This document shows positions 25,701 through 38,460 of a DNA stretch of 64,000 nt, one piece after another. The DNA lies in contig JBHGNT010000010.1 in NCBI GenBank assembly GCA_043228905.1, positions 9,858,001-9,922,000 of the forward strand. The letters run 5' to 3'. Under the pieces are notes generated by a model. The model was not told where the DNA came from, did no database searches, and saw only the letters and a list, made by a program, of their open reading frames with translations. This DNA is from Azolla caroliniana. Lineage: Eukaryota > Plantae > Polypodiophyta. Position 1 is the first letter of the stretch, and each line of letters starts with the position of its first letter. The position numbers and the translations under genes are program-made.

Positions 25701-26863
25701 GGTGTCGTCGGTAAGCGTGGGGGATGGTGGCTGGGTGGTGGTGCCAGGGGAGGCTGGCGAGGTTTCACCACGGATAGAGGCTGTCGGGGTGGAAGGGGTA
25801 GGTCCACCACGTTCTGAGGGTCACGAAGGATTGTCTCCGTGGTGCAACTGCGAGTACGAGGGGTCGTGGCCGTGGTCTGATGGGACACATAGTAGAATGT
25901 TGTAGAAAATTCCTGGATTTCCGCGGGGGTGAATTCACGTGTCTGGAATTCTTTTGTGCATTGGGTGATATCCTCGGGGGTATCGAGGGTATCCTCGGCC
26001 GCCACATGGGTGATTTGTGGTTGTTTGTGCGCGGGTGGGCGGTCAAATTCGCCTTGGTAGACTTGTCTTAAGAAGTCACGTTCCAGGATGTAGAGGCGCT
26101 TGGGTTGACCTTGTATGGTTATCTTGTGGCATCATTCCTGGCAGCGTATGTAAGGAGGAGCTGGAGGGCTGATAATGAACTTTGTGCACAGGTAAGGAGT
26201 GAGGAACCATGCGAAATTGGCTACCGATTTGGGACGTGTTTGCCATTCCATGACCCTTTGAACGAGTTCATGGGCCCATTGGACCAGTTGAGGGTCGTGC
26301 GCCCACTTGAGGAACTCACCAGTGATGCGGGTGATAGCGTTAGTGGAGGCAATGTCACCAATCTGAGTGATGGCGCTACAACGATCGTGGAGGTGAGGCG
26401 GAATTTCAGTGAACCGCCATCCTTCGCGTCCGGAATACTCGGTGTAGACGACGGGGATGATGTTGGGGACGTTGCCTGAGGACTTCGTGGTGTGGAAGGG
26501 GGCACCATCCACCGACAGGTGGAGTGTAGTGCAAACGTCGGCTACGTTGAACTGGAACTCCATAGGGGTAGCATCCGCGAACGTGTGCATGCGAACATGA
26601 CCGGTATTAGGCTTGTATCCTGCGAGGAACTAGTTGACCAACTCGGGAAGTACACTCCATGGGCCAATCCCTAGGAAGAACTTTAGGCCGAGATGTGAAA
26701 GGGTGTCAAAAACATCAGGCTTGAGGTACTTGAGTTGCGTGGCGGCTGTGGGCACCCGGTAGGTACAACGGGTGTTGTTGAACTCGGCTCGAATGACCAA
26801 GGAGCCATAGCTAGCGTTAGGGAAGTATGCATGGAGGAGCTTGGTGAATGAGGTGGACGCCAT
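22788..26863 (-). pseudogene. Cluster of at least 4 extra ORFs (eORF1-4) in the 3' region of element A, degenerate
   Basis: eORF1 26863-~24840: in-frame pieces MASTSF..PELVN*..FQFNVADVCTTLHLSVDG.., a Pro/Thr linker and a coiled coil. eORF2 ~24840-24174. eORF3 24174-23659. eORF4 23662-~22788. All are co-oriented with pol. Confidence 0.7.
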
Positions 26864-27113
26864 CGATTATAACCTGATAGGACAAGGATTAGTATAGCTG
26901 TATGGGGGTGGACCAACGCTTACACTCCCCTGCGCTCGTTTACACAGTAATAACAACAACGATAGTTTATCTATCTATTGATGTGAATGATTTATTATGA
27001 TGAGTTATGAGGATTATATTTTAAAGTAGGATTGGTTGCTTTGAAGGAGAGCGATATTTATATTTATATTTTAAAGGGACTAATGTGTGAGTGTCTCGCT
27101 TCGAACCAGGAGC

Positions 27114-27336
27114 GAGGGGTTGAGGAGTGCCTCTCCTCGAATCGGGGGTGGGGTGTTCGAAGAGGGCCTCTCTTCGAACCAGGGGTGAGGGGTTCGAACA
27201 ATGCCGCTCTTCGATCCAAGGGTGAGGGGTTTGAACAGTGCTGCTCTTCGAACCGGGGGTGAGGGGTTCGGGGAGTGGCGCTCGTCGAATTGGGGGTGAG
27301 GGGTTCGTGGAGTGCCTCTCCTCGAACCGGGGGTGA
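27114..27336. repeat. Tandem array, about 6 x 37 bp, G-rich with an internal GGTTCG..TCGAACC hairpin
   Basis: Consensus GAGGGGTTCGAASAGTGCCKCTCTTCGAACCGGGGGT read from successive units. Confidence 0.9.
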
Positions 27337-29157
27337 TGCGAAGACAAGACCATGGGGGGAATGCCACGAGGCCACGAGGGAAACGACCGACGACAAGAGG
27401 ATGACAAAAACAACATGGTAGTCGAAGTGGCCGCACAGGGGTTGGGGACAACATGTGGCATTGGCGGGGGCCGAGTGAGAGAGCACAAAAAAACATATTG
27501 TAGACCTACCCATGGGAGTGTGCAATGGACCGAGGAGGAGGTGGTGGCGAGAAGCAACGCTTGGAAGGAGTGGAGGAGAGCGGTAGAAAGGAAAACGAGG
27601 GTAGAGTGCAAAACTAGAGGGGTTGGGGTGCAACACAGAGGGAGGAGGAAGAGCAGTGAGGAAGAACTGTGTTATTCACGTGTTGTCCGAGGGCCTTTGT
27701 ATGCCTTTAAGGACCCAAACCCATGACGTCTTTTCAGGGGGGAAAGGGGGGGCCTATGAGGTAGTTCTATGGGGAATTCAGTTTCCTAGTTGTTGAGTCT
27801 GGTTAAGGTTTATGGCCTTAACTTGGGCGGGGTATTTGGTCGATGTGCTTAGTTGTCGGGTGTCCTGTGTAGTCATGGTATGGTCGTGGGTGGGGAGTCG
27901 GCTTCATTTCGGGACCCAGAAGCGAGTGACACCTTTGTGCCAACCTTGGACGTTTATGAGCTCTTTTCTGACTCGCCAAACAACACGTTGTTGTGTGGTT
28001 TTTCACACACGATATGAAAACTAGTAAAATAATTATTTAATATTAGCTTAATGTATTGATATGGAAAGATAGATTTCATCAAGAGCTTCATAAATGTATT
28101 TTACTACGCATGAAATGGATAAACAAGCATCAAGTTATGTGAGTGAAAAGTTTGAAGAGAAAAGGGAAAAAACAAAACTATGAGATATCCCACATAGATA
28201 GGATAACATTGGAATCCCCAATATATATAGAAACCCAAAACCTATTCATTATATTAATGTGTGAAGCATAGAATGTTCAAGGTGAATTGGGTTGAATTGC
28301 GTGGATGAATGGCTCAAATGATTTTGGGTCATGGTGTACGGCCCGGTCGGGAGGCACATGTGTGCGGGTGCGCGTAGATGCGTACACTACGCGGTTGGGA
28401 CTTGTGTGCGCGGACGTGTCTACGGTTTGGTTGCGACGCATGTATGGATTGCGCATGGGCTAAACTTTATGGATGACTGGGTCATTTGGCCGAATTATAC
28501 GAACAGTCACATGCAACTAAAAGCCAAGGCCATGCAACTAAAAATGGAAGCACGCAACTAAAAGTAGAGGCAATGCAACTAAAAGTGGACATGCAAAGTA
28601 ACATTGGGAAGGGGGGATTAACAAAGAGCTCAATATATGTTCCATTATTTCCCTCTACTTTTTTTTTTCTTCTTCTTCTCCCTTCGATTCCAAAAACAAA
28701 TGATCTCTCATATTGATATCAAACTCTGGGTTTGGCTTGCTTGGCTGGCTGAATCTTTCTTGTAAAAAAAAATTATCTCTCATTTTCATATTGGACCACT
28801 CCTTATATGGTTGTTGGCTCCTTTCTTTAAAAGATTTATCTCTCATTTTTATATCCAATCCATTGTAACATGATTCTAAGTTTATAAACAATCGATTTCT
28901 TTTGCAATAAATGAATGTTTCCTCTCACGTACTCGTCTTATATGTGAATCTTGCTTGTGTTGTGTGTGTGTGTACTAATTCCTTCCAGTCTATAACCCCG
29001 ACGGTTCCGTCTCATGATCCGCACATAGTAACGGATTTTCACAACAACGTTCTCCGTGGCGTGGTCCTTTGGCGAAGGCCGCGTGGACATTCACCCACTT
29101 GCGTGGTGTGGATGACCTTGTTCCGATGTTAGGGTTACTCTGACCTTGGGTGGCCGG

Positions 29158-32100
29158 TTATTGTGTGAGTTCTTTTAGGTTGGGTTTTTTCACACTCCGA
29201 AGTTCGTCAAGATTGGTGGGACGTGGTTCGAGTGTTGTCGCAAAGAGTTTCTCAAACTGCGCACCATTCGCAATTTGGAAGAAGCCAATGTTTTTGCTTG
29301 GTAATAGGAGACATTCACTTACGTGACACCAATCCAAACCGAGGAGGCACGGGGTGTACAACACTTTAGGTGGGAGGACCTAAACTCCAATTGAGTGGTC
29401 ACTGTATTGTGTCTTGATGTTACATACAAAGGCTCTGAGGCAAGATGATGTGGAGCCATCGAAGCCAAGGAAGTTGTCGTTGCACGCTTCGAGGTCCGTG
29501 AAACCTAGATGCTCCCATGTTTCGAAGGAGAAAAGGGTTAGTGATGCTCTGGTATCGATTACTTCTGTTATAGGTACGCCGTCGGCGAAGCATGGTAGGT
29601 TTGTTGTCTCGGCCTTGGGGTCTATCGACCTAGCCATAACTGCAGGGTGGGCGTCACCTTGTCTTTTTAGTTTTGGTTGCGCATTGCGAAGGTCAGTTTC
29701 TAGTCGGGCCATTTGGCCTTCGGATGCTTTAAGTTTGGCATCCACTTCTTGTTGTCAAGCCGTGAGTAGGGATTCGAGGGTGAGGGGTCCATAGTAATGT
29801 TTGAGCTTTCTCCCATTTATGAATCCTCGGATGTCAATTCCTTCGAGTGTGTGTATTCGACATGCTCCTGTCTTGGTAATCTCTGAGACTACATAGGGGC
29901 CTTCACTTCGTAATTTGAGCTTCTTTTTGTGTTGTTGAGAGGAAAATTTGACAGCCATGTCCCCTTCAGCTAGATCTTTATCCCATACTTTGTTGTCGTG
30001 CCACACCTTTCTATTGGCTTTCTTGGTCAAGAGTGCTTGGAATGCGAGAAGGTGAGTTTCGGTCAACCGTTCTAGGTTCTGTAGGCGTGACGGGAGGGGG
30101 TTCCCCTCCCATTGTTCTTGAACGGCTATCCTGAGTCTAGGGACAAGGAACTCAATGGGAAATACCGCCTCTTGTTTACATACCGGTTTGAATGGTGTGT
30201 GGCACGTGGCTACTTTGTAGGAGGTGCGGAAGGCCCACAATGCGGCTTGCTTGGAGTTTGGTGCTCCAATCAGACCACAAAGCTGCAATTATCTTCGTGA
30301 GTACTGCACATAACACCTTATTAGTGCTTTCCACTTGTTCGTTGCACCAGGGGTAATAAGGGGAGCTCTTGCGATGCGTCACCATAAACTTGCCTAGTAG
30401 GTGTGCTATCACCTCATTGAGGAAATGGAAACCTTGGTCGCTAATGATCTCAAGTGGATATCCAAACCGTGTGATGACATTTTCGTATAGGAATTTGGCG
30501 GTACTATATGGATTAGCGTTAACACAAGCTTTGGCTTTAGCCCACTTGGTAGCATAATCAGTGGTGGTGATTATGTATAGATTGAGGTTGGAAGCTGGAC
30601 TAATTGGGCCGATAAAGTCGATACCCCATTTCTTGAATGGTTGCCAAGCCACTACCGGGTTTAATGTGTTGAAATCTGTTTTTAACGTGTGCTTGAAACG
30701 TTGCCACTCGTCACACTGGCGTACATACTTGTATGTGTCTTTAAATAGTGTTGGCCACCATAGGCCGGACTGGAGGATCTTGTGTGTGGTGGACTCGTGA
30801 TTGAAATGACTGCTTCTATTTTCGCAATTAGCTTGCTCGAGGACAATGATGACATCATGGTTTGCTACACATCTTCAAAGTACATCATCGTTGCCTCTGA
30901 GCATCGTGAAGGGGCCACATTTTCTTAACAAGACACGTGCTTGTGTCCGACTTCGTTGTTTTAGGAAGGATGCTCCTTCGGTTAAGACACAAATGATGTC
31001 TGATGCCCATGATGGTACATTATCGATCGTGAATAATGTAGCATTTGGCGTTTCCTCATTGACTCCAGTGGCTTCTTCGCCATTTGGTATTCGTGAGAAA
31101 TGATCGGCGAGTACATGGTCTTTTCCTTTTCTCACCACCACCTTGAAGTCGAACTCGAGTAGAGTTACGATCCATCGTGATATGCGTCCTGTGGCGTGAG
31201 TCTTGTTTACCAAGTAGAGGAGGGCTTGATGATCTACAAAAAATGAGAAACGTGACGCCAAGAGGTAATGTCGAAACTTCTTCACGTTGTAAAACATTGC
31301 TAAAGCTTCTCGTTCTGTTGTGGAGTAATTTCGTTCTGCAAAGTTCTGCTGACGGCTAGCAAAGGTGATTGGTAGATCGAGTGCTCCTTCGCTAGGTTGG
31401 GTGAGGACCGCACCAATTGTGAAGGCGGAAGCATCGGTGTGAATGTGGAATTCTTTGTTCTAGTCTGGGGATCGGAGGATGGGGGCTTTAGTTAAGCACT
31501 CCTTCAAGAGCTCGAATGAGCAGGTGCAGACTTCCGTCCAGATGTACTGGTTTAGTAATGCGTAGGGTGGTCTTGCCTTGTCTGCAAACATCTTAATGAA
31601 GGGTCTATAGTAACCCGCGTACCCCATGAACCCTTGTAGTTGTTTCTCATTCTCGAGAGGTGGCATGTCAAATATGAGCTTTACTTTTGCCTTATCGGTC
31701 GAGATCCCATGTTGGGACACAACATGACCTAATATGAGTCCGTGTTTGACCCAGAATTGGCACTTGAGAGGGTTGAGGGAGAGTTTATATTCCCTACACT
31801 TTTCGAACGTCAAGCGGAGTAGTGCCATGTGGGCATTCCATTTCGAATAGCAGCACAAATCGTCGACGTAGGACTCTACCCCTTGTTGTAACCTTGCTGC
31901 GAAGATGTGGTCTGCCACCCTTTGATAGGTACTCAGGGCACTTGTGAGCCTGAAAGGCATATGTTTGTATGCAAACGTACCAAATTCGGTTGCAAAGGCC
32001 ATCTTGTGTTGATCTTCGGGGACCACCGAGATTTGGTTGTACCCTGAGAACCCATTGATGAAGCTATAGGCTTCAGCTCCTACAACTCTTTCGAGTAAGT

Positions 32101-34143
32101 GCTCGATGTAGGCTACCCGATAGTTGTCTTTGATGGTGGCGTCATTGACTTGTCGATAGTCAACACATATGTAGATTTGGCCATTCTTCTTCGGGACAAC
32201 TACGAGCAGGGAGACCCAAGTTGTTCGCTCAATCTGGTAGATGATGCTAGCTCCTAACATTTTATTGATTTCGGCTTTTACTTGTTGAGCGTAGTTAGGG
32301 TTCATTGGGCGCGGCCTTTGTCGGATTGGGCAGGCGTCGGCTCGCATGGGGATGCTATGGGTGACGACTTCGGCCAGTACGCCTTTCATATCTACATACG
32401 ACCATGCAAACAAGTCTCGAAATTCTATGAGGAGGGTAATCAAGGACATCTCCTCGTCCGATTGGAGATCCGTGGTGATGAACACTGGTTTGGGGTCCAC
32501 CCCATTTCTGAGATTGAGTTCTTTAACTCTCGACAGTCCATCGTATGCCTCGCCTAGGGTGTTAGGAGTACATTGTGGTCTCTTACAAACCACCGCCCTA
32601 CTCCCTTGTTCGTAGAGTTTGAATTGCTTCGGGAATTCCACCTCTGTCGAGGGCTCCCGAGTGGTCGCGCTCGCTTCCTTGCTTGTGATTCGTTGCGCTA
32701 GGTCTTCTTCGTTTACGTCCACCTGTTTTCGCTTGGGTACGAGGGTGGTGACATTAAAACACGAAATCGTGTCTCCATCCTCATCGCAACACTTTGTACC
32801 AATGGGGTACATTACATCGGTCGTGGAGAGAGTGTGCACCCAATTCATCTCGGACACATCGGAGGCCCTGGATTCGTCCTCCCTCACATTCTCTGTCCTA
32901 GGGGTAATGAATTTTTGGGGGAAGAGTTGATCCCTAGCCAAGATTTGAACTGTCTTTGTGGGATGGCATGCTAGGAGGTTTGTCTCGAAGTCAGTGGTTT
33001 CTGACCAATCATCCATGAGAGGACTGCCTTCCTCTTCATGAACTTTTTGTGTGTATGCTTTGATGCAGAAGGTTTTGTTGTTTTTACGCATATAGATTGT
33101 ATCATTCCCAAAGTCCATCACAGGGCGGCTTACACATATGAACAACCTCCCTAGTAAATAGTCGTAACCCACATGATTGGAAAATCTTGTGACGATGAAG
33201 GTGAGATTGAACTCGACCCCATGGATAGTGAAATGGTGTGCAGGGATCATGCGTTTTGGCCGTTGGATAGAACCATCTACCATTTGGAGTTTGACATCCG
33301 AAGGAAGCATTTTTGGGCTCCCCCACTTATGCCAACATTCGTACCTAACTATGCTTACCCCGCTTCGGTGTCGATGATCGCGTCACATGTCGTGCCGTTG
33401 TCGCAGACGGGGAGAGTGAAACTAGTGTCATCACTCTTGAAGTGAGCTTCACATATATCTACCGGTGTTCCTTGGGGTTGTTTGGGGACTGTGTTCGTAT
33501 GAGGGATGTGAGTGTGTATCTTCTCTCCATAACCTATTGACAAGCCTCCATTGAGGTGGTGAAGGATGTCATGCCATGGTTGGATGTCGAGTTTGAGCAA
33601 CTCTTCAAGTGTGAACTCTATTTCTTTGTCGAGTATATGTCGTAGTTGGGGGTTGTCAGTCACGAAGGTGCCAGTGTAGCTCTATACTTCGCGTAATGTG
33701 AGTCGTAATTTTAAATTTAATATTTGTTGGAGCAAGAATATGTTGACTTCTTTGATTGGGGTAGACTAGGAGGTGGGGGTGTCGGTTGGTGTTACGACGA
33801 GGGGGGGTTTACCCGTGTTTTGGGGTGGAAGGTTTACCCATTCTTCGAGTTGGTCGAAGTTTATGCTCGGGAGACTAAGCGACCCTTCGAACTGTTCGTG
33901 GTGTACGAGTTTGATGTACGCTTTGACCTTTTGTTTCTCAACTACTCAGTTTGGGTATGCTACTAGGTGTGCTAGCATCTGTTGGTTAGGGTTGACAAGT
34001 ATTGTTTCTACGGCTCCCTCCGGTTCTTGATCTTGCTTTGAGGTCTACATGGATGCATTTTTTTGGATTTTCGTTTCTTACACATAGTCGTGGGGAGGCC
34101 TTGGTCGTGATACTTTAAGTTATGAGTTACTCTTTGAGCTCGT
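29158..34143 (-). pseudogene. Element A pol: protease, RT, RNase H, integrase, then a C-terminal coiled coil and a second aspartic protease
   Basis: PR AIIDTEAG..LLGR (~33100-33420). RT KKNGQIYICVDYR..FSGYNQI..YVDDL. RH HTDASAFTIGAVL..FVDHQAL. INT WGIDFIGP..DYATKW..SDQG..ESTNK. Then VIDTRAS..LLGLDW (29560-29325). Confidence 0.92.
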
Positions 34144-37100
34144 TGTCGCATTGTTACGCTTGTGCATGGGGAACGAGGCGGGACCACCGGGGTCTTGGAC
34201 CGAGAAATAGCTGAGAAGGAGGAGAGCGGAAAGGCAACATACACACTTGCACACGCACAGACACGGGAGCACACAAGAATCATAGTCCAACAACACAGCA
34301 AAACGAGACGTCTAGAAGTCCGAGTATATGAACACGTATGTATATAAATATATATATATATCGAGACGGTTACAACTAACATGCCGGCAAGGCGAACACC
34401 GACGCTTGTTCACTCACACACAGAAGAGCGAGATGGAGACTCTGCCGGAAGCACACGGGCGTTCCACGGAGCAAAGTCAGCCTCCCAAAAACCTGCGCAA
34501 AAATGGCTATGGAGAGTGGCAGAGGAGAAGGGCTCGGTCCCAGTCCGGCAGCACTTCGTCCTCTCTAACGCGCGATACCTTTTTCATTCCTCTCCCTCTC
34601 TTTTATAGCCCAAGGAGGGAGGCCGTTATCATCCGTTACATCACATTAATTCTCTCCCTATTGAATGCGTGCTACCTAGGACTTCACCTCAACCGACTTG
34701 TACCTACCTACTTACTATACAACGAAAAGTGTGCTCGTGTGTAAAGGCCGGTTTACACATGCTAAACTCGGTTTCCGCCTAGGGACTGTTTTCTTCATGA
34801 CATCTGCCCCCACCTAACCGCGCATCCACCGGTATGCGCCAAAATTGGCTCTTGCTGGAGAAAACCGGTCCATGCTTTACTCGTCTTCCGGTTTGTCATC
34901 TGCCTCGGACCGCCCGTCGTCGCCGTTCATGCTTTCCAGATCCGGCTCGTACTCGTGTCGTTTCTTAAACGCTTTGACCCTCTTCCCCGCTACCGGTATT
35001 GCCATCTTCGTGCCGTTGAGCTCCGCAAGATGGTAGGTCCCGTTGTCGTTGGCGCCTGTCACCACGTAAGGCCCGAACCACCTCCTTGCAAACTTCCGCG
35101 TTCCCCTGTGCTGGTTGTCGAGGCTATTGTCATACACTAGGACCTAGTCGCCTTCCTCGATTTCCTTCGGTCGCAGTCGGTGAGTCCGGTCAAACCACTC
35201 TTTGTTCTTCAACCTTGCCAACTAAAGCTTCTCCGCGGCTCGTTCCACGTCCTCCGGCCTTCGCTCGAGCTGTTGAATCCGTGCCACTAGCAGCTCCTCC
35301 CGGCTCATCTCATCTCTCTAGTCCACCGTGGCCCATGAGGAGATGGTTCGCTCTGTTGGCATGATCGGCCTCTGTCTGTACATAAGCTCTGCCGGCATGA
35401 ACCCGGTTATCGAACTGTGCGTAGTTCGGTCCGCCCACAAGGCATAAGGTAGCAGTCGCGGCCAGTTCCCAACTTGGCCTTCACACGCCCATACTAGCAC
35501 TTTGACGATCGGCCCATGTCCACACTCCACCTTCCCGTTAGCCTCCGGATTGTACGCTGTGGTGAGCGAGAGTTTGACCCCTAGTCGGTCAAACAGTCTT
35601 CAGCCTCTTGCGCGTCCAACTCTCCACGGTCAGCCACGATCTTCCCTACGCTCCCGTACCGGCATATCACGTCCTCGATCAGAAATCGGCACACAACCGT
35701 GGTCGTTTTGTTCTGCAGCGCTCGGCCTTCAACCTGGTTCGTCAGATCATCCCGAGCCAGCATCAGATACCGCATCTGTCCTACCCCCATCGACATCGTC
35801 ACCAAATCCACCATCCATTTGAAGTGGACGGTCGGAGGGTAGTTCGGGTGAAGCTCGTCCTGGTGTCGGACTATGGAGTGCATTTGACAACTTTCGCAAG
35901 TCGTCACGAACTGATGCACGTCCCGGACAGTCTCAGCCACCAGTACTTCCCCTTAAGCTTCTCGAACGTGGCCCAGGGACTCTCGTGGTAGGCCTCCAAC
36001 AACTCCTCCTGTTCCTCCTTCTTTGCCACCACTTGGAGCGGGATGCCGTCCCTCTTCTTCGGGTGCTTCCATATGTACCTGTCCCGAAGGAAGAATCAGT
36101 ACGCTTTCTTCCGGATCCGGTTGGTCTCTTCCTTTGTCCACGCCGCACCCGGTGTCATTGTTTTCAGGAGCTCGCCGATCTGGAGCCACTCCTCGTCATA
36201 CTTGCTCTCGTCGAATTCTTTAAGCGCCGGATTGCTCCCCTTTCTGGTCGTCACGTATGCCGCCTCGAAGAAATCTACGCCGACTTCCTCGTCCTTCGAA
36301 ATCATGCCGTCCTCGTTTTCAAACCTCGCCCTTGAGAGCATGTCGGCCATGGCATTGTCTTGTCCGGAAATGTGTCGTATCTCCGGATCCAGGGACTTGA
36401 TGTACGCTATCCACCTGAGCATTGCCAGGTCCGACGTCGCACATCCAGAAACCATGCCGAGAATCGGCAGGCAGTCCGTCTCGATTATTACCTCTGTCCC
36501 GATCAGGTAGTCTCTATCGTCCTTCACCGCCGAAACGATACCCCAGAGTTCTTGTTTAACCTGGGCGTATCCTCGTTGTCGCTCACTAAGGACCTTCGCG
36601 CCGAACCGGATGGGGAACCTCGTGCCAATGTCATCCTCTTGATTGATCACCCACTCGATCCCGGTTGGGCTCGTGTCCACCGTCACGTAGAGGGGGGCGC
36701 CCTTGTCGTAAGCCGCTTTAGTCTCCGGACCGACTCCGTGTGCTCCGTCCTGCACTCGAACCTACGCCCTTTCTTCAATAGCCCGTAGAGCGGCTCCGCA
36801 ACATACGTGTAGTGCGGAACCCAGATGTGGTAGAACGCGCATGCCCCCAAGAATCTGCAGACCTCTGTAACTGACCCGCAATCGTCCTTCATTGCGGAGA
36901 TGGCTTCTACCTTTGCTGGAGACGGTTTCCTACCATAAGGCCCGCACAGGTGTCCAACCACCAAGATCTCTGACTGCCCGAACGCTGATTTTTCTCCGGA
37001 GAAGGTGAGTTCTGCGCTCTCGAGCCTCTGCAGCACCTTCTCGCAGTCGTTGATGTGGTTCATGACGAACCTCTGGCATCCGTCCGGCCCGACAGTCTTG

Positions 37101-38304
37101 TCCGCATCTTCCACCGGACACCCCTTTATCGGGATGTCGTCCAAGAATGGCATGGTGATCTCCGGGATGCAGTCCCTCAACACTTTGTTCATTGTGTTCA
37201 CCATATGCGCCACCGAGTTCGTCCCGCCTTGTGGTAGGGTACACATCCATACTAGGCCGAGAGGGGTTCGCATCGTTGTGATATCCCTTCTCTCCATGGC
37301 TAGCTGGAACTGGTCGTACCCCGAGTATAAGTCACCGACCGAATAGATCGACCTCCCAGCGAAGGCCTCCACGAACTCGTCTATGGTTGGTCCGATTCCT
37401 GCATTACGGATGGTCACCCTGTTGACCGGTTGCAGGTCGTGAATGAAGTGCAGCGTGCCGTTTTTCTTTGGCACTGTAAACCACCGATTCGAATATGGGA
37501 CACTCGTTGGTTCGAGGATGCCCATCTCCACCTTTTGCTTCAGAAGTTCCATCAACTTCGGGATGTGAGCTCTCGGCACTGGAATCGGTTTGAGATTCCA
37601 CGGTACATGCGGTATCGTGAAGATCACCATCGGTTCGACGATCGTCGGGTCCATGCACCCGATCTCCTCCGGCGAAAACGCGAAGCATTCTTCGAAACCT
37701 GTTCTCCTCCGCCGGCAGTAGAAAGCCACCCCCACCGACCTTGAGCTCCCGTAGCGTTATGTCGGTGAACCGGTGCCCTATGCTAGCTGGATTCCGTAAA
37801 CTTGGGTCCGACGCGACCCCTTTTATCCGCTCCTCGCTGCCCTCTGGCAAGGGTGCCACGCGCGGCCTTACCTTCCGGTCCACAGTCTTGTACTTTGTAC
37901 TCAAGCGGGCCGTCTGATCCGACCCGATCCTTTCCCCGAAGTTGGCGATGACTTCGTACATTCCCATCGAACCTACTGGAACGGTCCGGTCTTCTCTAAG
38001 GTCTTCACCGATCACCTTTCGCAACTCGCCCAAGGTGTCATCAAAAGAGACCGCCTCCACGACGCCGTTGATCTCTTCGTCGGGGGAGAGGATTCTGCAT
38101 CCCCTGAGCCGCTCCTCCGCTTGCTTCCTTTCCCGGCCGATGACGCCGACCATAGTACAACCTTCGTTGTCGAAGAACCAAAATTTCCTACCTATGGTAC
38201 AGGTCTTCTTCCGTACTGTACATTTCTGGGGTTTTTCCTATTGGGAGACAGGTCCCTCCGGATGGGAAGGGAGAAGAACAGTGCCGACGAATAATCTCGG
38301 CCAA

Positions 38305-38460
38305 GGCTACGGAGAGCCGGATGGTGCAGGCCCGGTGTGAACCGGATGAGGAGTACCCGGCTACGGAGAGCCGGATGGTGCAGGCCTGGTGTGAACCGGA
38401 TGAGGAGTACCCGGCTACGGAGAGCCGGATGACGCAGAGCCGGTGCGAACCGGAGGAAGA
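38305..38460 (+). repeat. About 3 x 54-bp tandem repeat in the LTR (U3) of element E
   Basis: GGCTACGGAGAGCCGGATGGTGCAGGCCCGGTGTGAACCGGATGAGGAGTACCC starts at 38305, 38359 and 38413. Confidence 0.9.

Noticed and set aside
27114-27336. CRISPR-like appearance of the 37-bp palindromic array (also the repeats at 16700-17340 and 63645-64000)
   Set aside because: The units are head-to-tail with no unique spacers, there are no cas genes, and the context is a eukaryotic TE.
34146-34151. Alternative LTR start at 34152/50176 with a 6-bp TSD (TCGCAT/TCGTGT)
   Set aside because: LTR homology extends 8 bp further out. The 34144 boundary gives TGTC..GACA termini, a perfect 4-bp TSD and a restored host frame (ITRAQ).
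34328-34744. 138-aa and 144-aa ORFs duplicated at 34328 and 50352
   Set aside because: They lie antisense within the two LTRs of B and cross a (TA)n tract. The duplication is explained by the LTRs.
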